From an uncultured Gammaproteobacteria bacterium (GTDB lineage Bacteria > Patescibacteriota > Microgenomatia > UBA8517): a DNA stretch of 64,000 nt. The notes beneath the pieces are model-generated. The model saw nothing but the letters and a program-made list of their open reading frames with translations, ran no database searches and was not told the origin of the DNA. Position 1 is the stretch's first letter. Every line of letters starts with the position of its first letter. A program made the position numbers and the translations under genes. Shown here piece by piece: positions 17,956-28,132 of the stretch. The stretch spans positions 762 to 64,761 of the forward strand of contig CAYSZS010000002.1 in NCBI GenBank assembly GCA_964435575.1, given 5' to 3'.

Positions 17956-18357
17956 TCATTTAACCAACCAATAAATGAAGGAATTAATAAGAGAGAGGAT
18001 AAAAGAGAAACCTACAAATGCTAAAAATTCGTGGAAATTGAGGGCGGGAATGTCTATCCACTTACTTGAGACTCCTGCGAAAATAAAGGCAATAATTTTA
18101 AAATCTTTGATAATTAAAGTCACTATATATAAAACGACAGCGGACGAAACCCATCTGAAAAGACCGAAGGTTACAAGATTAAGGGGAAGTAGTAGGAGGT
18201 TGATAATGGGTTTTGCGAGAAGAAACGTTCCTGTTAGTGCGGCCCCTGCGACTAGTAAAGTAAATATCCCTTTTTCAAATATCATTCCCGAGGCAACTTT
18301 CGATATGGCCCAAAGAGAGAAAGTGTCGATAACATAGTGGCGGAGTATGCGTTTCAT
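17956..18357 (-). CDS. YvlD/phage holin family 4-TM protein
   Basis: KPIINLLLLPLNLVTFGLF motif. Confidence 0.8.
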   Translation of the reverse strand: MKRILRHYVIDTFSLWAISKVASGMIFEKGIFTLLVAGAALTGTFLLAKPIINLLLLPLNLVTFGLFRWVSSAVVLYIVTLIIKDFKIIAFIFAGVSSKWIDIPALNFHEFLAFVGFSFILSLINSFIYWLVK

Positions 18358-18410
18358 ATTATTTTAAGTATATCCATAAGTATATCAATGGGTTAAGACT
18401 GAAAACAAGA

Positions 18411-18450
18411 CATAATCAACATCCGATGTTGTTTAAATTGGAATATCGGG
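18411..18450. repeat. REP-like hairpin upstream of the RAYT
   Basis: CCGATGTT-N11-AATATCGG; first 25 nt identical to 49464-49488. Confidence 0.65.
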
Positions 18451-18470
18451 AAACATGTTATAATGTTTTT

Positions 18471-19142
18471 ATGCCGATTAGAAAAACCCCAATAGTTACA
18501 GATCAAATTTATCATGTGTTTAATCGAGGAATTAATAAGCAACCCATATTTTTTACGAAAAGAAATTATCTGAGAGCTTTGGACACTATTAAATACTATC
18601 GTTTCTACAAACCACCACTTCCGTATTCAAAGTATATTAAGCTTACAGATAACATTAAAAACTTGTTAAAAGAAAGTATCAGAAGTGTAGAAAAAGGTGT
18701 TCATATTATCTCTTATACTTTGATGCCCAACCACTATCATTTTTTGCTTAAACAGTTAAAAGACGGTGGCATTAATAATTTTATTAGAAATTTTCAGATA
18801 AGTTATACAAAATATGTTAATAAAAGATTCGACCGTACCGGAGCCCTAATTCAAAGTCAGTTTAAGGCAGTCCTAATAGAAGACGATGAACAATTAATGC
18901 ACATTAGCAGGTATATCCACCTTAACCCACATACATCGTTTGTGGTCAAAGATCTGAAAGAACTTAAAAGTTATCCTTGGTCTTCGCTAGCAGAATATTT
19001 AGGAGTTGCAAAAAATGGTTTTTGCTCAAAAGATATAGTCCTCTCACTTTTTAAAGAGAAAGATATTTACTGGAAATTTATAGCGAATCAAGCTGACTAC
19101 CAGAAGAGATTAGATAAAATTAAACATTTAACTCTTGACTAA
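18471..19142 (+). mobile_element. REP-associated tyrosine transposase (RAYT, Y1 HUH)
   Basis: YHVFNRG, MPNHYHFLL (HUH), RYIHLNP, YPWSS; TGTTATAAT just before ATG 18471. Confidence 0.88.
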
Positions 19143-19146
19143 CTCA

Positions 19147-19201
19147 CCCCGATGTTAAAACGTAATCAAAATCGGATTTTGTCTGAATGGGAATATCGGG
19201 T
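19147..19201. repeat. REP-like hairpins downstream of the RAYT
   Basis: CCCGATGTT...AAAATCGG...GGAATATCGGG. Confidence 0.6.
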
Positions 19202-20656
19202 TCAAACGAGCAACAATTCTCTTTGCACTAACTTGTGATGGTAACGGCGGGCGAAGCGGTGGGCTTCGTCGCGGATTCTTTGCAAAAGATTTTTAGCGGG
19301 AATATTAGGAAGCCTTAGTTGGATAAAAGAAAGTCGATTGTCTTTGAATTGAGGGATTACCAGAGTTTCAAATCTTTTGGCAAGTCCGAGAACAGGAATT
19401 TCGTATTTTTTCAGTTCTTCCCAAAAAACTCTTACCTGAGTTTTTCCGCCGTCAACCAAAATTAAATCCGGCATTCCCCACCCTCCTGAAGACGCATCAA
19501 AATATTTACTCCTTCTTTTGATGGTTTCTCTTAATGACGATAAATCATTCCCTTCTGTCTGACTAATTCTGAAATGTCTGTAAAGGGATTTTTCCGGTTC
19601 ACCCATTACGAAAGTAGTCATTGAAGCCGTCGGACTTGAACCGGCTAAGTGGGCTATATCGTAACATTCAATACGCCGAATTTTTCTGGGAAGGCTAATA
19701 TATTGGTATAAAATTGTTTCAAGAGAATTTATCTCATTACGCCTGATATCTTCGATGAAATTGGGATTTTTCAAAAATTCGTTGATCGGTGTAATTGGTT
19801 GAGTAATATAATCAAGTTTCTGTATCTGATCGCGAACAACTTTTGCATTTTCGAAATCCTCTTTTTTAGAATAAATCTCCATTTCTTTTTTAAGTGATTT
19901 CCTAATATAATGAAGGCCACCCGAAAGAATTTTTCTAATCGCTCCTATATTTTTTTTGTAGATAGCCATATGGCCTTTTTTAAGTTTTTCGTCTTTAATA
20001 TTTTCGATGTAGTTTGGACAGGGATAGCATAACCCAATTTGACTATAAAGACATTCTTTATTACCGATTTTGTGCTCGGCATAGGGGAAAAGAGGGCGTA
20101 ACATTTTTAAAACGCTTTTGACGTTTCTTGATGACGGATATGGACCGAAGAAAAAGGTCCCGTCTTTCAAGTCAGCTTTTCTAGCAGTCAGTACTTGGGG
20201 GTATTTTTCTTTGGTTATTTTTATATATAGAGGGTGTTTGTCGTCTTTGAGCTGACTATTATAAATCGGTTGTAGTTTTCTGACTAGATTTGCTTCAAGT
20301 AGAAGCGCTTCTAGTTCTGAAGAAACCTTAATAATTGAGCAGTATTTTGCCTCTCGAATCATTCTTGCGGTTTTCGAAGACAAATTTGTAAGGAAATACG
20401 AAGCGACTCGATTTTTTAAATTCAGAGCTTTGCCGATGTATATTGGTCTTTCCTCTTTATTCCAAAATATATATACACCCGGATTTTGAGGTATTACTTT
20501 TATTCGAACTTCGCGAAGACCTTGCCTGCTAGGGCGGGGATGAAGCGAAGCAGCGAGCAAACTTGTCCGAAGGAATACCCTGCCTGAAGCGAAGCGCATG
20601 GCAGGGTAGTTTATGCTATTTTTATTAACCTTTATTTTTTTTAAGGAATCTAACAT
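19202..20656 (-). CDS. uvrC: Excinuclease ABC subunit C (lacks C-terminal HhH; carries a 37-codon N-terminal insertion)
   Basis: PGVYIF...YIGKALNLKNRV, RIECYDIAH, DLILVDGG, RIRDEAHRFA. Confidence 0.93.
   Translation of the reverse strand: MLDSLKKIKVNKNSINYPAMRFASGRVFLRTSLLAASLHPRPSRQGLREVRIKVIPQNPGVYIFWNKEERPIYIGKALNLKNRVASYFLTNLSSKTARMIREAKYCSIIKVSSELEALLLEANLVRKLQPIYNSQLKDDKHPLYIKITKEKYPQVLTARKADLKDGTFFFGPYPSSRNVKSVLKMLRPLFPYAEHKIGNKECLYSQIGLCYPCPNYIENIKDEKLKKGHMAIYKKNIGAIRKILSGGLHYIRKSLKKEMEIYSKKEDFENAKVVRDQIQKLDYITQPITPINEFLKNPNFIEDIRRNEINSLETILYQYISLPRKIRRIECYDIAHLAGSSPTASMTTFVMGEPEKSLYRHFRISQTEGNDLSSLRETIKRRSKYFDASSGGWGMPDLILVDGGKTQVRVFWEELKKYEIPVLGLAKRFETLVIPQFKDNRLSFIQLRLPNIPAKNLLQRIRDEAHRFARRYHHKLVQRELLLV
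20499..20614 (-). mobile_element. IS200/IS605-like miniature palindromic element inserted in frame in uvrC
   Basis: Two terminal hairpins; ATAAA direct repeats 111 bp apart. Confidence 0.6.
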
Positions 20657-22493
20657 TTGATAGTTTGAATTTTTGCTTTAGTAAAATTTCAAAAATTCTA
20701 ATGTGCGTAAGTCTAATATAAGTAAAAATGATTATTATTATTAAAAGGAAAGCCAAAGTCAGAATCTGTGAAATTATACTCTGATTTTTATTTGTAGGGA
20801 TAAAAATCTCTGATCTATATGCATTGATCGAAACTAGCGTAGGCGCTTTTTTGGCAAGGAGTCCGTAAGGAATTTTAAAAGAAGTCTCAAAATTTGCAAA
20901 AGGAGGGAGTTGGGGTATGTAGTTTGAACTCACCACCTTATCATCAAAAATTATTTGAGGAATGAGGTCATAAACGGCTACCGGGCCGGGATTAGAAATC
21001 GTGATTTTTACATTTTTAGAAAAAAGAAAAAAGTTTTTAGGAAAAGAGGCTTGAATAGTAACACTCGACGTTCTTTTATTCGGAAGTTCACCGAATGAAA
21101 CGAAAACGTCTTTTTGAGGATCATCTCCGAGCTTGTAGGAGCCGGCAGAATAGGGAGTAAAGGCATTTTTGCCGTGGATGACAAATGCGAAATGTCTGAG
21201 ATCAAGTTTATTGAAATAATCTACTCCGCTTGTCGAGCCCCAAGTCGGGTCAACCGGTATCCATGTGGCGCGCGATGCATCCCAATATTCTGGCCAGGCG
21301 TGGAGGACGTCGGATACGAACGAGAGGGGTTGAATTTTTGGATTTTCAGAGTAAGCATAGCCGTTAATTTCTCTTGCAGGAATTCCGTTGGCTCGGGCAA
21401 GAGCTATGAAAAGGTCCGTAAACTCGGTACAGATCGCGTTTCTTGGGTTGGCGAGTGCCTTTTTAGCCCCATACCTTTCTGCTTCGGGTTTCACTCTTTC
21501 AAAGTCATAGACAAGAGTTTCGGTTACGTATTTATATATCTCTTCGGGAGTTTTTAAAGTCTTTGCGAGTTCATAGATCCCGGGATCTTCCGTTTGCCAT
21601 ACGTCTTGGGACTTGGTGTTTTCGAGAAGAGTGCTTGACGTGGGTTGAATAAACTTCCTAGGTTTTGAAAAGATTTGGACAAAGCCTTTAACTTTAACCA
21701 GCTTTTTCTGGCGGGGTGAGAAGGAAAAGACCGTAATCCAGTTGCCGCCACTATCTTGATAAATATTTACCGGTTTGGGGTCAATACTCTCGTAAAACAT
21801 CTTTTGAGTTGACGTGTCGGGTGGTATGGCAATTTCCAATTGCGTTTTTTTATTTGAAGTGTTCTCCAGGTGATAGTTTAGAGTGAATGAAAATACCTGA
21901 TATTTACCAAAACCGACCGAAATTCCGCTTGTCAAATCTTCTTTTTGGAAAATAAAAATTTTTCTATCGTTTTCCTCTTTCACCTCTCTTGCGTCGGGGG
22001 CAATATAGGCTTCCTCTCCAAAAGATTTTGGAGTCGATAGTAAAACTTTATATGTAGTGAAGGATTGCGGATTTGCCAACTTGGGGATAAAGACCTCCCA
22101 GACGTCGCCCGTTTTGGTTGCAAGTGAGTCTTCTTCGTAGGTTATTATAAAAGTTCGAGTCTTTCCTATCCCGGGAAGAGTATCTTCAAAATCGACCCTT
22201 AGTTTTGTGCTGTCCGCATCAGTCAACTGAAATACAGAAAGCTTTTTTCCCTCCTCGAAAGCCTTTATATTTTTTGGTTTTCCGCCTGAAATGTTCAGAG
22301 TATAACTTTTGGCCAATAGTTGGGATGTTGAATTTTTTATGGTTATGGTATTGGTAACTTGAGTTTTTCCAGTCTCCTCCACCTTGTATTCTGCAAATGT
22401 CGTGACCGAAAAGTCATTTATTGCATAAGCAATTTTTTGTGATTGAGAGAATAAAAAAAGGAAAATTAGAAAAAAGAGAACTCTCTTAAACAT
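20625..22493 (-). CDS. Membrane-anchored transglutaminase-like domain protein
   Basis: AICTEFTDLF, LHAWPEYW, VDPTWG (Cys-His-Asp triad); signal peptide and C-terminal TM. Confidence 0.88.
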   Translation of the reverse strand: MFKRVLFFLIFLFLFSQSQKIAYAINDFSVTTFAEYKVEETGKTQVTNTITIKNSTSQLLAKSYTLNISGGKPKNIKAFEEGKKLSVFQLTDADSTKLRVDFEDTLPGIGKTRTFIITYEEDSLATKTGDVWEVFIPKLANPQSFTTYKVLLSTPKSFGEEAYIAPDAREVKEENDRKIFIFQKEDLTSGISVGFGKYQVFSFTLNYHLENTSNKKTQLEIAIPPDTSTQKMFYESIDPKPVNIYQDSGGNWITVFSFSPRQKKLVKVKGFVQIFSKPRKFIQPTSSTLLENTKSQDVWQTEDPGIYELAKTLKTPEEIYKYVTETLVYDFERVKPEAERYGAKKALANPRNAICTEFTDLFIALARANGIPAREINGYAYSENPKIQPLSFVSDVLHAWPEYWDASRATWIPVDPTWGSTSGVDYFNKLDLRHFAFVIHGKNAFTPYSAGSYKLGDDPQKDVFVSFGELPNKRTSSVTIQASFPKNFFLFSKNVKITISNPGPVAVYDLIPQIIFDDKVVSSNYIPQLPPFANFETSFKIPYGLLAKKAPTLVSINAYRSEIFIPTNKNQSIISQILTLAFLLIIIIIFTYIRLTHIRIFEILLKQKFKLSNVRFLKKNKG

Positions 22494-22511
22494 TAGGAAA
22501 GTATAACAGTT

Positions 22512-25481
22512 TTAAGCGTTCTTGAGGAATGCACCGGTATATGATTTTGCTTCCCTTTTGACGTCGTCTAAACTCCCTTGAGATACGATATAACCGCCCG
22601 CCTCTCCTCCTTCGGGACCAAGGTCAATTATCCAATCAGCTGAAGCTATTACGTCAAGATTGTGTTCGATGGTAAAGACGCTGTTACCTTTTGCGACCAA
22701 GAGTTTTAGGACTCCGAGGAGTTTCTCTACATCTGCGAAATGAAGTCCTGTTGTAGGTTCGTCAAGGATATAAACAGTTTTCCCTGTTGCTTTTTTAGTC
22801 AATTCGGAGGCCAATTTTACTCTTTGGGCTTCACCCCCTGAAAGAGTTGTCGCCGATTGTCCAAGTTCAATATAACCAAGGCCCACGTCCTCAAGCGTTT
22901 GCAGTTTTGAAATAATTCTCGCATGTGAATGGAAAAATTCAAGAGCCTCGGAAACGGTTAAATCAAGTACGTCGGCGATATTCTTACCCCTGTAACTTAC
23001 TTCCAGGGTTTGGCTATTATATCGTTTTCCCTGGCAGACGTCACAAGTTACCCATATGTCGCTCATGAACTGCATTTCTATTTTTATTTGCCCCTGACCC
23101 TCACAAGCTTCACAACGCCCGCCTTTGACATTAAAAGAAAATCTTCCTTTTTTAAAACCGAGGGTTCGGGATTCGCGGGTTTGGGAAAAAACTTCTCTTA
23201 TTAAATCAAAGACCTTTGTGTAAGTTGCCGGATTACTTCTCGGCGTTCTTCCGATTGGAGATTGATCGATGAGTATTACTTTATCGACTTTTTCCAGGCC
23301 TTCAATGCCTTTATGAAGACCGACGTCTCCCCTAAACCTGGAATTTAAATTTTTCTCAAGCACCGTGTAAAGCGTTTCAACAAGAAGCGTAGATTTTCCA
23401 CTGCCGGAAACTCCGGTTATTACCACAAACTTACCCAAAGGAAAAGCTACATCGATATTTTTTAGATTGTATTGAGAACAGCCTTTTAGTATAAGGGATG
23501 AGTTTTGATGATTGAAGATCGAGGGTAGATTTTGAAGATCGGAATTTGAAATCTGACTTCCTGCTCCGGTGTTCCATTTTCCGGCTTCTATCTTTCTTCT
23601 TCCGCTCAAAAACTGGCCGGTTATAGATTTGGGATTTTTAGTGATGTTTTCCGGAGTGCCGATTGCGACGGCTTCTCCGCCGAGTTTTCCTGCGCCAGGT
23701 CCAAAGTCGATAACATAGTCAGCAGATTTTATTGTTTGCGCGTCATGTTCAACGACTATTACCGTATTACCCAAGTCTCTTAGTTTTTTCAAAGTGTCGA
23801 TAAGTCTATTGTTGTCTTTCTGGTGAAGGCCGATTGTCGGCTCATCGAGTACATATAAAACTCCGGTTAGACCAGAACCGATTTGGCTTGCAAGGCGGAT
23901 TCTTTGTGCTTCTCCTCCTGACAAAGAACCTGCAGAACGATTGAGCGTGAGGTATTCTAGACCTACAGATAGAAGAAAATTTAGCCTTTCTTTTATCTCT
24001 TTTAAAATGAGCTGTCCAATTTCCTGCTCTCGAGAGCTAAGAATGGTTTTATCAATTAAATTATCAATCCATTCCAAAGCCTCTTTAACCGAAAGTGACG
24101 AAGCATCGGAAATAGATAAATTGTCAATAGTTACGGCAAGCGCTTCCTTTTTTAACCTTGCTCCTTTGCACTCGGTGCATGGAGTTTCACGCATGTATTT
24201 CTCAATCTCGCTCCTTACATAGTCTGATTCTGTTGACGCGTGACGGCTTTCAAGTTCGGCTATTATTCCCGGGAATTGTTCGTAAATAAAAGTGGAGCGG
24301 CCAAACCTGTTTGTGCCTTCGACTCTATATTCACGATTTCCTCTTCCGAAAAGGATCAGGTTTTTCTGTTCTTGGCTAATGTTCTTAATAGGAATTCTGG
24401 GGTCGATTCCATGTTCTTGGCAAACCGTCAGAATAAGTCTTGAGTACCAGGTGTTGTGTTCAAAAATGTTTGAAAAGGGTAGGATGCCTCCTTCGGTTAT
24501 GGAAATTTCTTTTGAGAAAACGCTTTCTGCGTCGACTTTGAGAATCTTTCCTATACCGTTACAACTGGGGCACGCGCCGTGTGGGGAATTAAAAGAAAAA
24601 GTTCTCGGCTCAATTTCGGGGATTTGGATATTGTCGATTGGGCACGCGAAACGCTCGGAAAAAAGATGGTCATTAAAGCTTTTTGGCGTTTCCGGCATTT
24701 CCAGTGATTTATCCAAAATCTCGCTTACTTTAACAAGGCCCTCCGAAAGTTTTAAAGATTTTTCCATGGAGTCCGTAATTCGAGTTTTCAGATTTTCATT
24801 GAAAATTTTGTCTTTAAAATCGCCTAAGCTAAGGGAAATTTTATCTACAACCGCTTCGATTGTATGCTTGTTGGTTTTTATGAGAACCAGATTCTCGGAG
24901 ACGTCTTTGATATACCCGTCTATTCTGACTTGCCTAAACCCCTTTGCTTTGAGATTGTCAAAAAGCGATGAAAATTCGCCCTTTTTGTCGATAACTATTG
25001 GGGATGAAATCATGAATCTCGCAACCTTTTTTTCTTTTGCAATATTTTCCAAGAGCGCTAAAACTGAATTTGTGATTTCGTCAAGTGACTGTCTTGATAT
25101 TTCCCTGCCGCATATCGGACAGTGAGGATGGCCGATTCGTGCAAATAGAAGTCTTAAATAATCGTAGATTTCGGTTACGGTTCCGACCGTTGACCGCGGA
25201 TTTTTGGAAGTTGTTTTTTGGTCGATCGAGATTGCCGGGGACAGCCCTTCGATTGCGTCTACGTCCGGCTTTTCCATTATGCCGAGAAATTGCCTTGCAT
25301 AGGTAGAAAGAGATTCGACATAACGCCTTTGGCCCTCGGCATAAATCGTGTCAAAAGCCAAAGAACTTTTTCCGCTGCCCGATACACCCGTAAAAATAAC
25401 GAGTTTATTTTTCGGGATGTCAACATCGATATTCTTGAGATTATGTTGGCGTGCCCCCCTGATTCTGATTGTATTTTCCAT
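22512..25481 (-). CDS. uvrA: Excinuclease ABC subunit A
   Basis: Two GVSGSGKS Walker A motifs, LSGGEAQR twice, Zn fingers. Confidence 0.98.
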   Translation of the reverse strand: MENTIRIRGARQHNLKNIDVDIPKNKLVIFTGVSGSGKSSLAFDTIYAEGQRRYVESLSTYARQFLGIMEKPDVDAIEGLSPAISIDQKTTSKNPRSTVGTVTEIYDYLRLLFARIGHPHCPICGREISRQSLDEITNSVLALLENIAKEKKVARFMISSPIVIDKKGEFSSLFDNLKAKGFRQVRIDGYIKDVSENLVLIKTNKHTIEAVVDKISLSLGDFKDKIFNENLKTRITDSMEKSLKLSEGLVKVSEILDKSLEMPETPKSFNDHLFSERFACPIDNIQIPEIEPRTFSFNSPHGACPSCNGIGKILKVDAESVFSKEISITEGGILPFSNIFEHNTWYSRLILTVCQEHGIDPRIPIKNISQEQKNLILFGRGNREYRVEGTNRFGRSTFIYEQFPGIIAELESRHASTESDYVRSEIEKYMRETPCTECKGARLKKEALAVTIDNLSISDASSLSVKEALEWIDNLIDKTILSSREQEIGQLILKEIKERLNFLLSVGLEYLTLNRSAGSLSGGEAQRIRLASQIGSGLTGVLYVLDEPTIGLHQKDNNRLIDTLKKLRDLGNTVIVVEHDAQTIKSADYVIDFGPGAGKLGGEAVAIGTPENITKNPKSITGQFLSGRRKIEAGKWNTGAGSQISNSDLQNLPSIFNHQNSSLILKGCSQYNLKNIDVAFPLGKFVVITGVSGSGKSTLLVETLYTVLEKNLNSRFRGDVGLHKGIEGLEKVDKVILIDQSPIGRTPRSNPATYTKVFDLIREVFSQTRESRTLGFKKGRFSFNVKGGRCEACEGQGQIKIEMQFMSDIWVTCDVCQGKRYNSQTLEVSYRGKNIADVLDLTVSEALEFFHSHARIISKLQTLEDVGLGYIELGQSATTLSGGEAQRVKLASELTKKATGKTVYILDEPTTGLHFADVEKLLGVLKLLVAKGNSVFTIEHNLDVIASADWIIDLGPEGGEAGGYIVSQGSLDDVKREAKSYTGAFLKNA

Positions 25482-25524
25482 TGACTATAACCGCGGAGTA
25501 AGCCGTGGTACAATGGATTATATC

Positions 25525-25836
25525 ATGCAACCGCTTGACCTTTTACCAAGAGGACAATTTACTCCCCTTAATGAAATCTCGATTTTGGGTTTAATTGCCG
25601 CCTTTGTTCATATTGTTTTAATCGTTGCCTCTGTCCTTTTTGTTTTTAATCTTTTATTTGGAGGAATAAAGCTTATTATCTCGGGCGGAAATAGGGAAAA
25701 ATCGGAAGAATCAAGGCGTCAGATAGTCAATGCGTTTATTGGGGTTTTTATTGTTTTTATAACCTGGGCACTATTAGGATTTTTAAGCCAATTTTTCGGA
25801 ATAGACCTTCTCAGCTTTGAAATTCCAACTCTTTGA
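25525..25836 (+). CDS. TrbC/VirB2-like pilin
   Basis: TM-GGIKLIISGGNREKSEESRRQIVNAFIG-TM pattern; start uncertain. Confidence 0.65.
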   Translation: MQPLDLLPRGQFTPLNEISILGLIAAFVHIVLIVASVLFVFNLLFGGIKLIISGGNREKSEESRRQIVNAFIGVFIVFITWALLGFLSQFFGIDLLSFEIPTL

Positions 25837-27916
25837 TTTTATCACGAATTTCAGCCGCTAGTTCGAAATTCAAATCTTGTGCAGCGAGGGACATTTCGCG
25901 GCGAAGTTTTATAACCAACCTTTTTCTATCCATCGGTGTTAGCGAGTCTAAATCTATGTCGGGAAGCCTGGAATAAGTTTTTTCAGTCTTTTCGAAAAGC
26001 TTATCAAGTGTTGATTCTTCCTCTTCTTCAACGAGCCTTTTCCTTATTGGTTTGGTGATCGAAGTTGGTTTAATGCCGTATTCTTTGTTCATTTTGATTT
26101 GATAATCACGCCTTCTTTCGACTTCGGCTATCGCCCTTTGCATCGAGCCGGTTACCTTCTCTGCGTAAAGAATAACCTTCCCTTCTATATGCCTTGCAGC
26201 CCGTCCCATCGTTTGTATCAGAGAAACTTCGCTCCGTAGAAATCCTTCTTTGTCTGCGTCTAAAATTGCGACTAATGAAACTTCCGGAAGATCAAGACCC
26301 TCTCTTAATAAGTTCACGCCTACTAAAACGTCGTACTTTCCTCGCCTTAAATCATCTAAAATATCACTTCTTTCAAGTGTCGCCACATCGGAATGAAGGT
26401 AATGAACATTTAGACCCTGTTCAATTAAATACTGGCTTAAATCCTCAGCCGTTCTTTTTGTTAAGGTTGTAACGAGTACACGTTGCTTTTTCTTACTAAC
26501 TTTTTTTATTTCTTCAATTACATCTTTTACCTGGGTTTTAATTGACCTTATTTCAATTTCCGGGTCGGGTATACCTGTGGGGCGAAGAAGTTGCTCGACT
26601 ATGCCGTCTGCGGCAAATAGACTAGTGTCTGATGCTCTATTTGATTTTTTTCTGTAGACCGTAGTCTCTTGACCGTAAGCTTGTTTTGCCATTCCCATTT
26701 CCCACTCCGAAGGGGTCGCGCTGGTTGCGATAAAACCTGGAATTCTGCGCATGAATTCTTCGAATTTTAGGGGGCGATTGTCAAATGCTGCCGGGAGACG
26801 AAATCCATAATCAATTAAAACTTCTTTTCTGGCCATGTCGCCGTTGTACATTCCCCTTATTTGGGGAAAAGTTATATGGCTTTCGTCTATAAAAGTAAGC
26901 CAGCCGTTTTTGTAAGGTTCATTGAAATAATCCAGAAGCGAATACGGCGGGTCCCCCGGACTTCTACCGTCAAAATATCTTGAATAGTTTTCAATACCTT
27001 TTACATATCCGACTTCCGCAATCATTTCAAGATCATATTTAACTTTATTTTGGAGTCTGTATGCTTCAAGCTCTTTGCCTTTCTTTTTAAAATAAGCGAC
27101 TCTTTCGGCCAAATCATGTTCAATTTTGGTAAAAACGTCCTTATTTTTTGTAGGATCTGTTACATAGTGTTTTGCAGGATAAAGAACGAATTTTTCTATT
27201 TTTCCTTTTCCATTTTCCTTTTTGGAGCCAGACACGGGGTCAATAAATTTTACATTTTTTATGACATCTTGCCCAATTTCGAGTCGCACTCCCTCGTCCT
27301 GATAGGAAGGGTAAATGTCAATGGTGTCCCCCATCACCCGGAAGGTACCCCGATGGAATCCGAAGTCGCCTCTTTCGTATTGCAGATCAATGAGTCTATT
27401 GATAATCTGATCCCTCCCAATTTTTACTCCTTGTGAAATTTCAAAGACAAAATGTCCGTATTCTCGGGGAGAACCGATATTGTATATGCAAGAGACCGAT
27501 GCAACGACTATGGTGTCGTGTCGAGTTAAAAGATTTGTGGTAGCTGCGAGACGCAGCTTATCGATGAGCTCGTTAATATCAGCATCTTTTTCAATATATG
27601 TGTCGGTTGAAGGGATGTAAGCCTCTGGTTGGTAATAGTCATAGTATGAAACAAAAAAAGAAACCGCATTTTCAGGAAAAAAATCACGAAATTCCTGATA
27701 GAGCTGTGCTGCCAGAGTTTTATTGTGAGAAATGATGAGCGCAGGCTTTTGCAGGCGCTCGATAACGTTGGCGATGGTGAACGTCTTTCCCGAACCAGTC
27801 ACTCCCAGAAGGACTTGGTAGTCAATTCCGTTTTTAACTCCCTCACAAAGAGAGTCTATTGCCTTTTCCTGATCTGGGATGGGTTTATAGTTTGACTTAA
27901 GTTTAAATTTATTCAT
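25811..27916 (-). CDS. uvrB: Excinuclease ABC subunit B
   Basis: GVTGSGKT, YYDYYQPEAY, DESH, LLREGLDLPEV, UVR tail. Confidence 0.98.
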   Translation of the reverse strand: MNKFKLKSNYKPIPDQEKAIDSLCEGVKNGIDYQVLLGVTGSGKTFTIANVIERLQKPALIISHNKTLAAQLYQEFRDFFPENAVSFFVSYYDYYQPEAYIPSTDTYIEKDADINELIDKLRLAATTNLLTRHDTIVVASVSCIYNIGSPREYGHFVFEISQGVKIGRDQIINRLIDLQYERGDFGFHRGTFRVMGDTIDIYPSYQDEGVRLEIGQDVIKNVKFIDPVSGSKKENGKGKIEKFVLYPAKHYVTDPTKNKDVFTKIEHDLAERVAYFKKKGKELEAYRLQNKVKYDLEMIAEVGYVKGIENYSRYFDGRSPGDPPYSLLDYFNEPYKNGWLTFIDESHITFPQIRGMYNGDMARKEVLIDYGFRLPAAFDNRPLKFEEFMRRIPGFIATSATPSEWEMGMAKQAYGQETTVYRKKSNRASDTSLFAADGIVEQLLRPTGIPDPEIEIRSIKTQVKDVIEEIKKVSKKKQRVLVTTLTKRTAEDLSQYLIEQGLNVHYLHSDVATLERSDILDDLRRGKYDVLVGVNLLREGLDLPEVSLVAILDADKEGFLRSEVSLIQTMGRAARHIEGKVILYAEKVTGSMQRAIAEVERRRDYQIKMNKEYGIKPTSITKPIRKRLVEEEEESTLDKLFEKTEKTYSRLPDIDLDSLTPMDRKRLVIKLRREMSLAAQDLNFELAAEIRDKIKELEFQS

Positions 27917-27943
27917 ATTCCGAAATATTACCATAAATTGCCA

Positions 27944-28057
27944 CTTGACCCCAGTACTACACTTACTTGCTCCCGAAAACTACGTGTTCGCGTCGCAAGA
28001 GCGTGAGTACGGGGTCTGCGCCCCATTTGATGCGAAATTATCAAATTGGGGCTTGAC
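27944..28057. repeat. Two-hairpin miniature element bounded by CTTGAC direct repeats
   Basis: GACCCC-AGTAC...GTAC-GGGGTC and GCCCC-ATTTGAT...ATCAAATT-GGGGC; CTTGAC at 27944 and 28052. Confidence 0.55.
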
Positions 28058-28082
28058 ATCTTCGGGTAAAGTTTGTACAAAT
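28053..28082 (+). promoter_or_regulatory. Putative sigma70 promoter of lexA
   Basis: TTGACA, about 16-17 nt spacer, TG-TACAAA. Confidence 0.45.
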
Positions 28083-28132
28083 AAAATACAAAGATAACTA
28101 ATAGCTAATGACTAATTACTAATAACTAATTT

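Noticed and set aside
24292-25125. 277-aa antisense ORF in uvrA, and similar ones in ppsA, dnaE and the RTX gene
   Set aside because: They lie opposite well-conserved genes in codon register and show no recognisable motifs
27917-28132. LexA/SOS box upstream of lexA or uvrB
   Set aside because: No convincing palindrome or repeat shared with the uvrA, uvrC or ruvC upstream regions by eye
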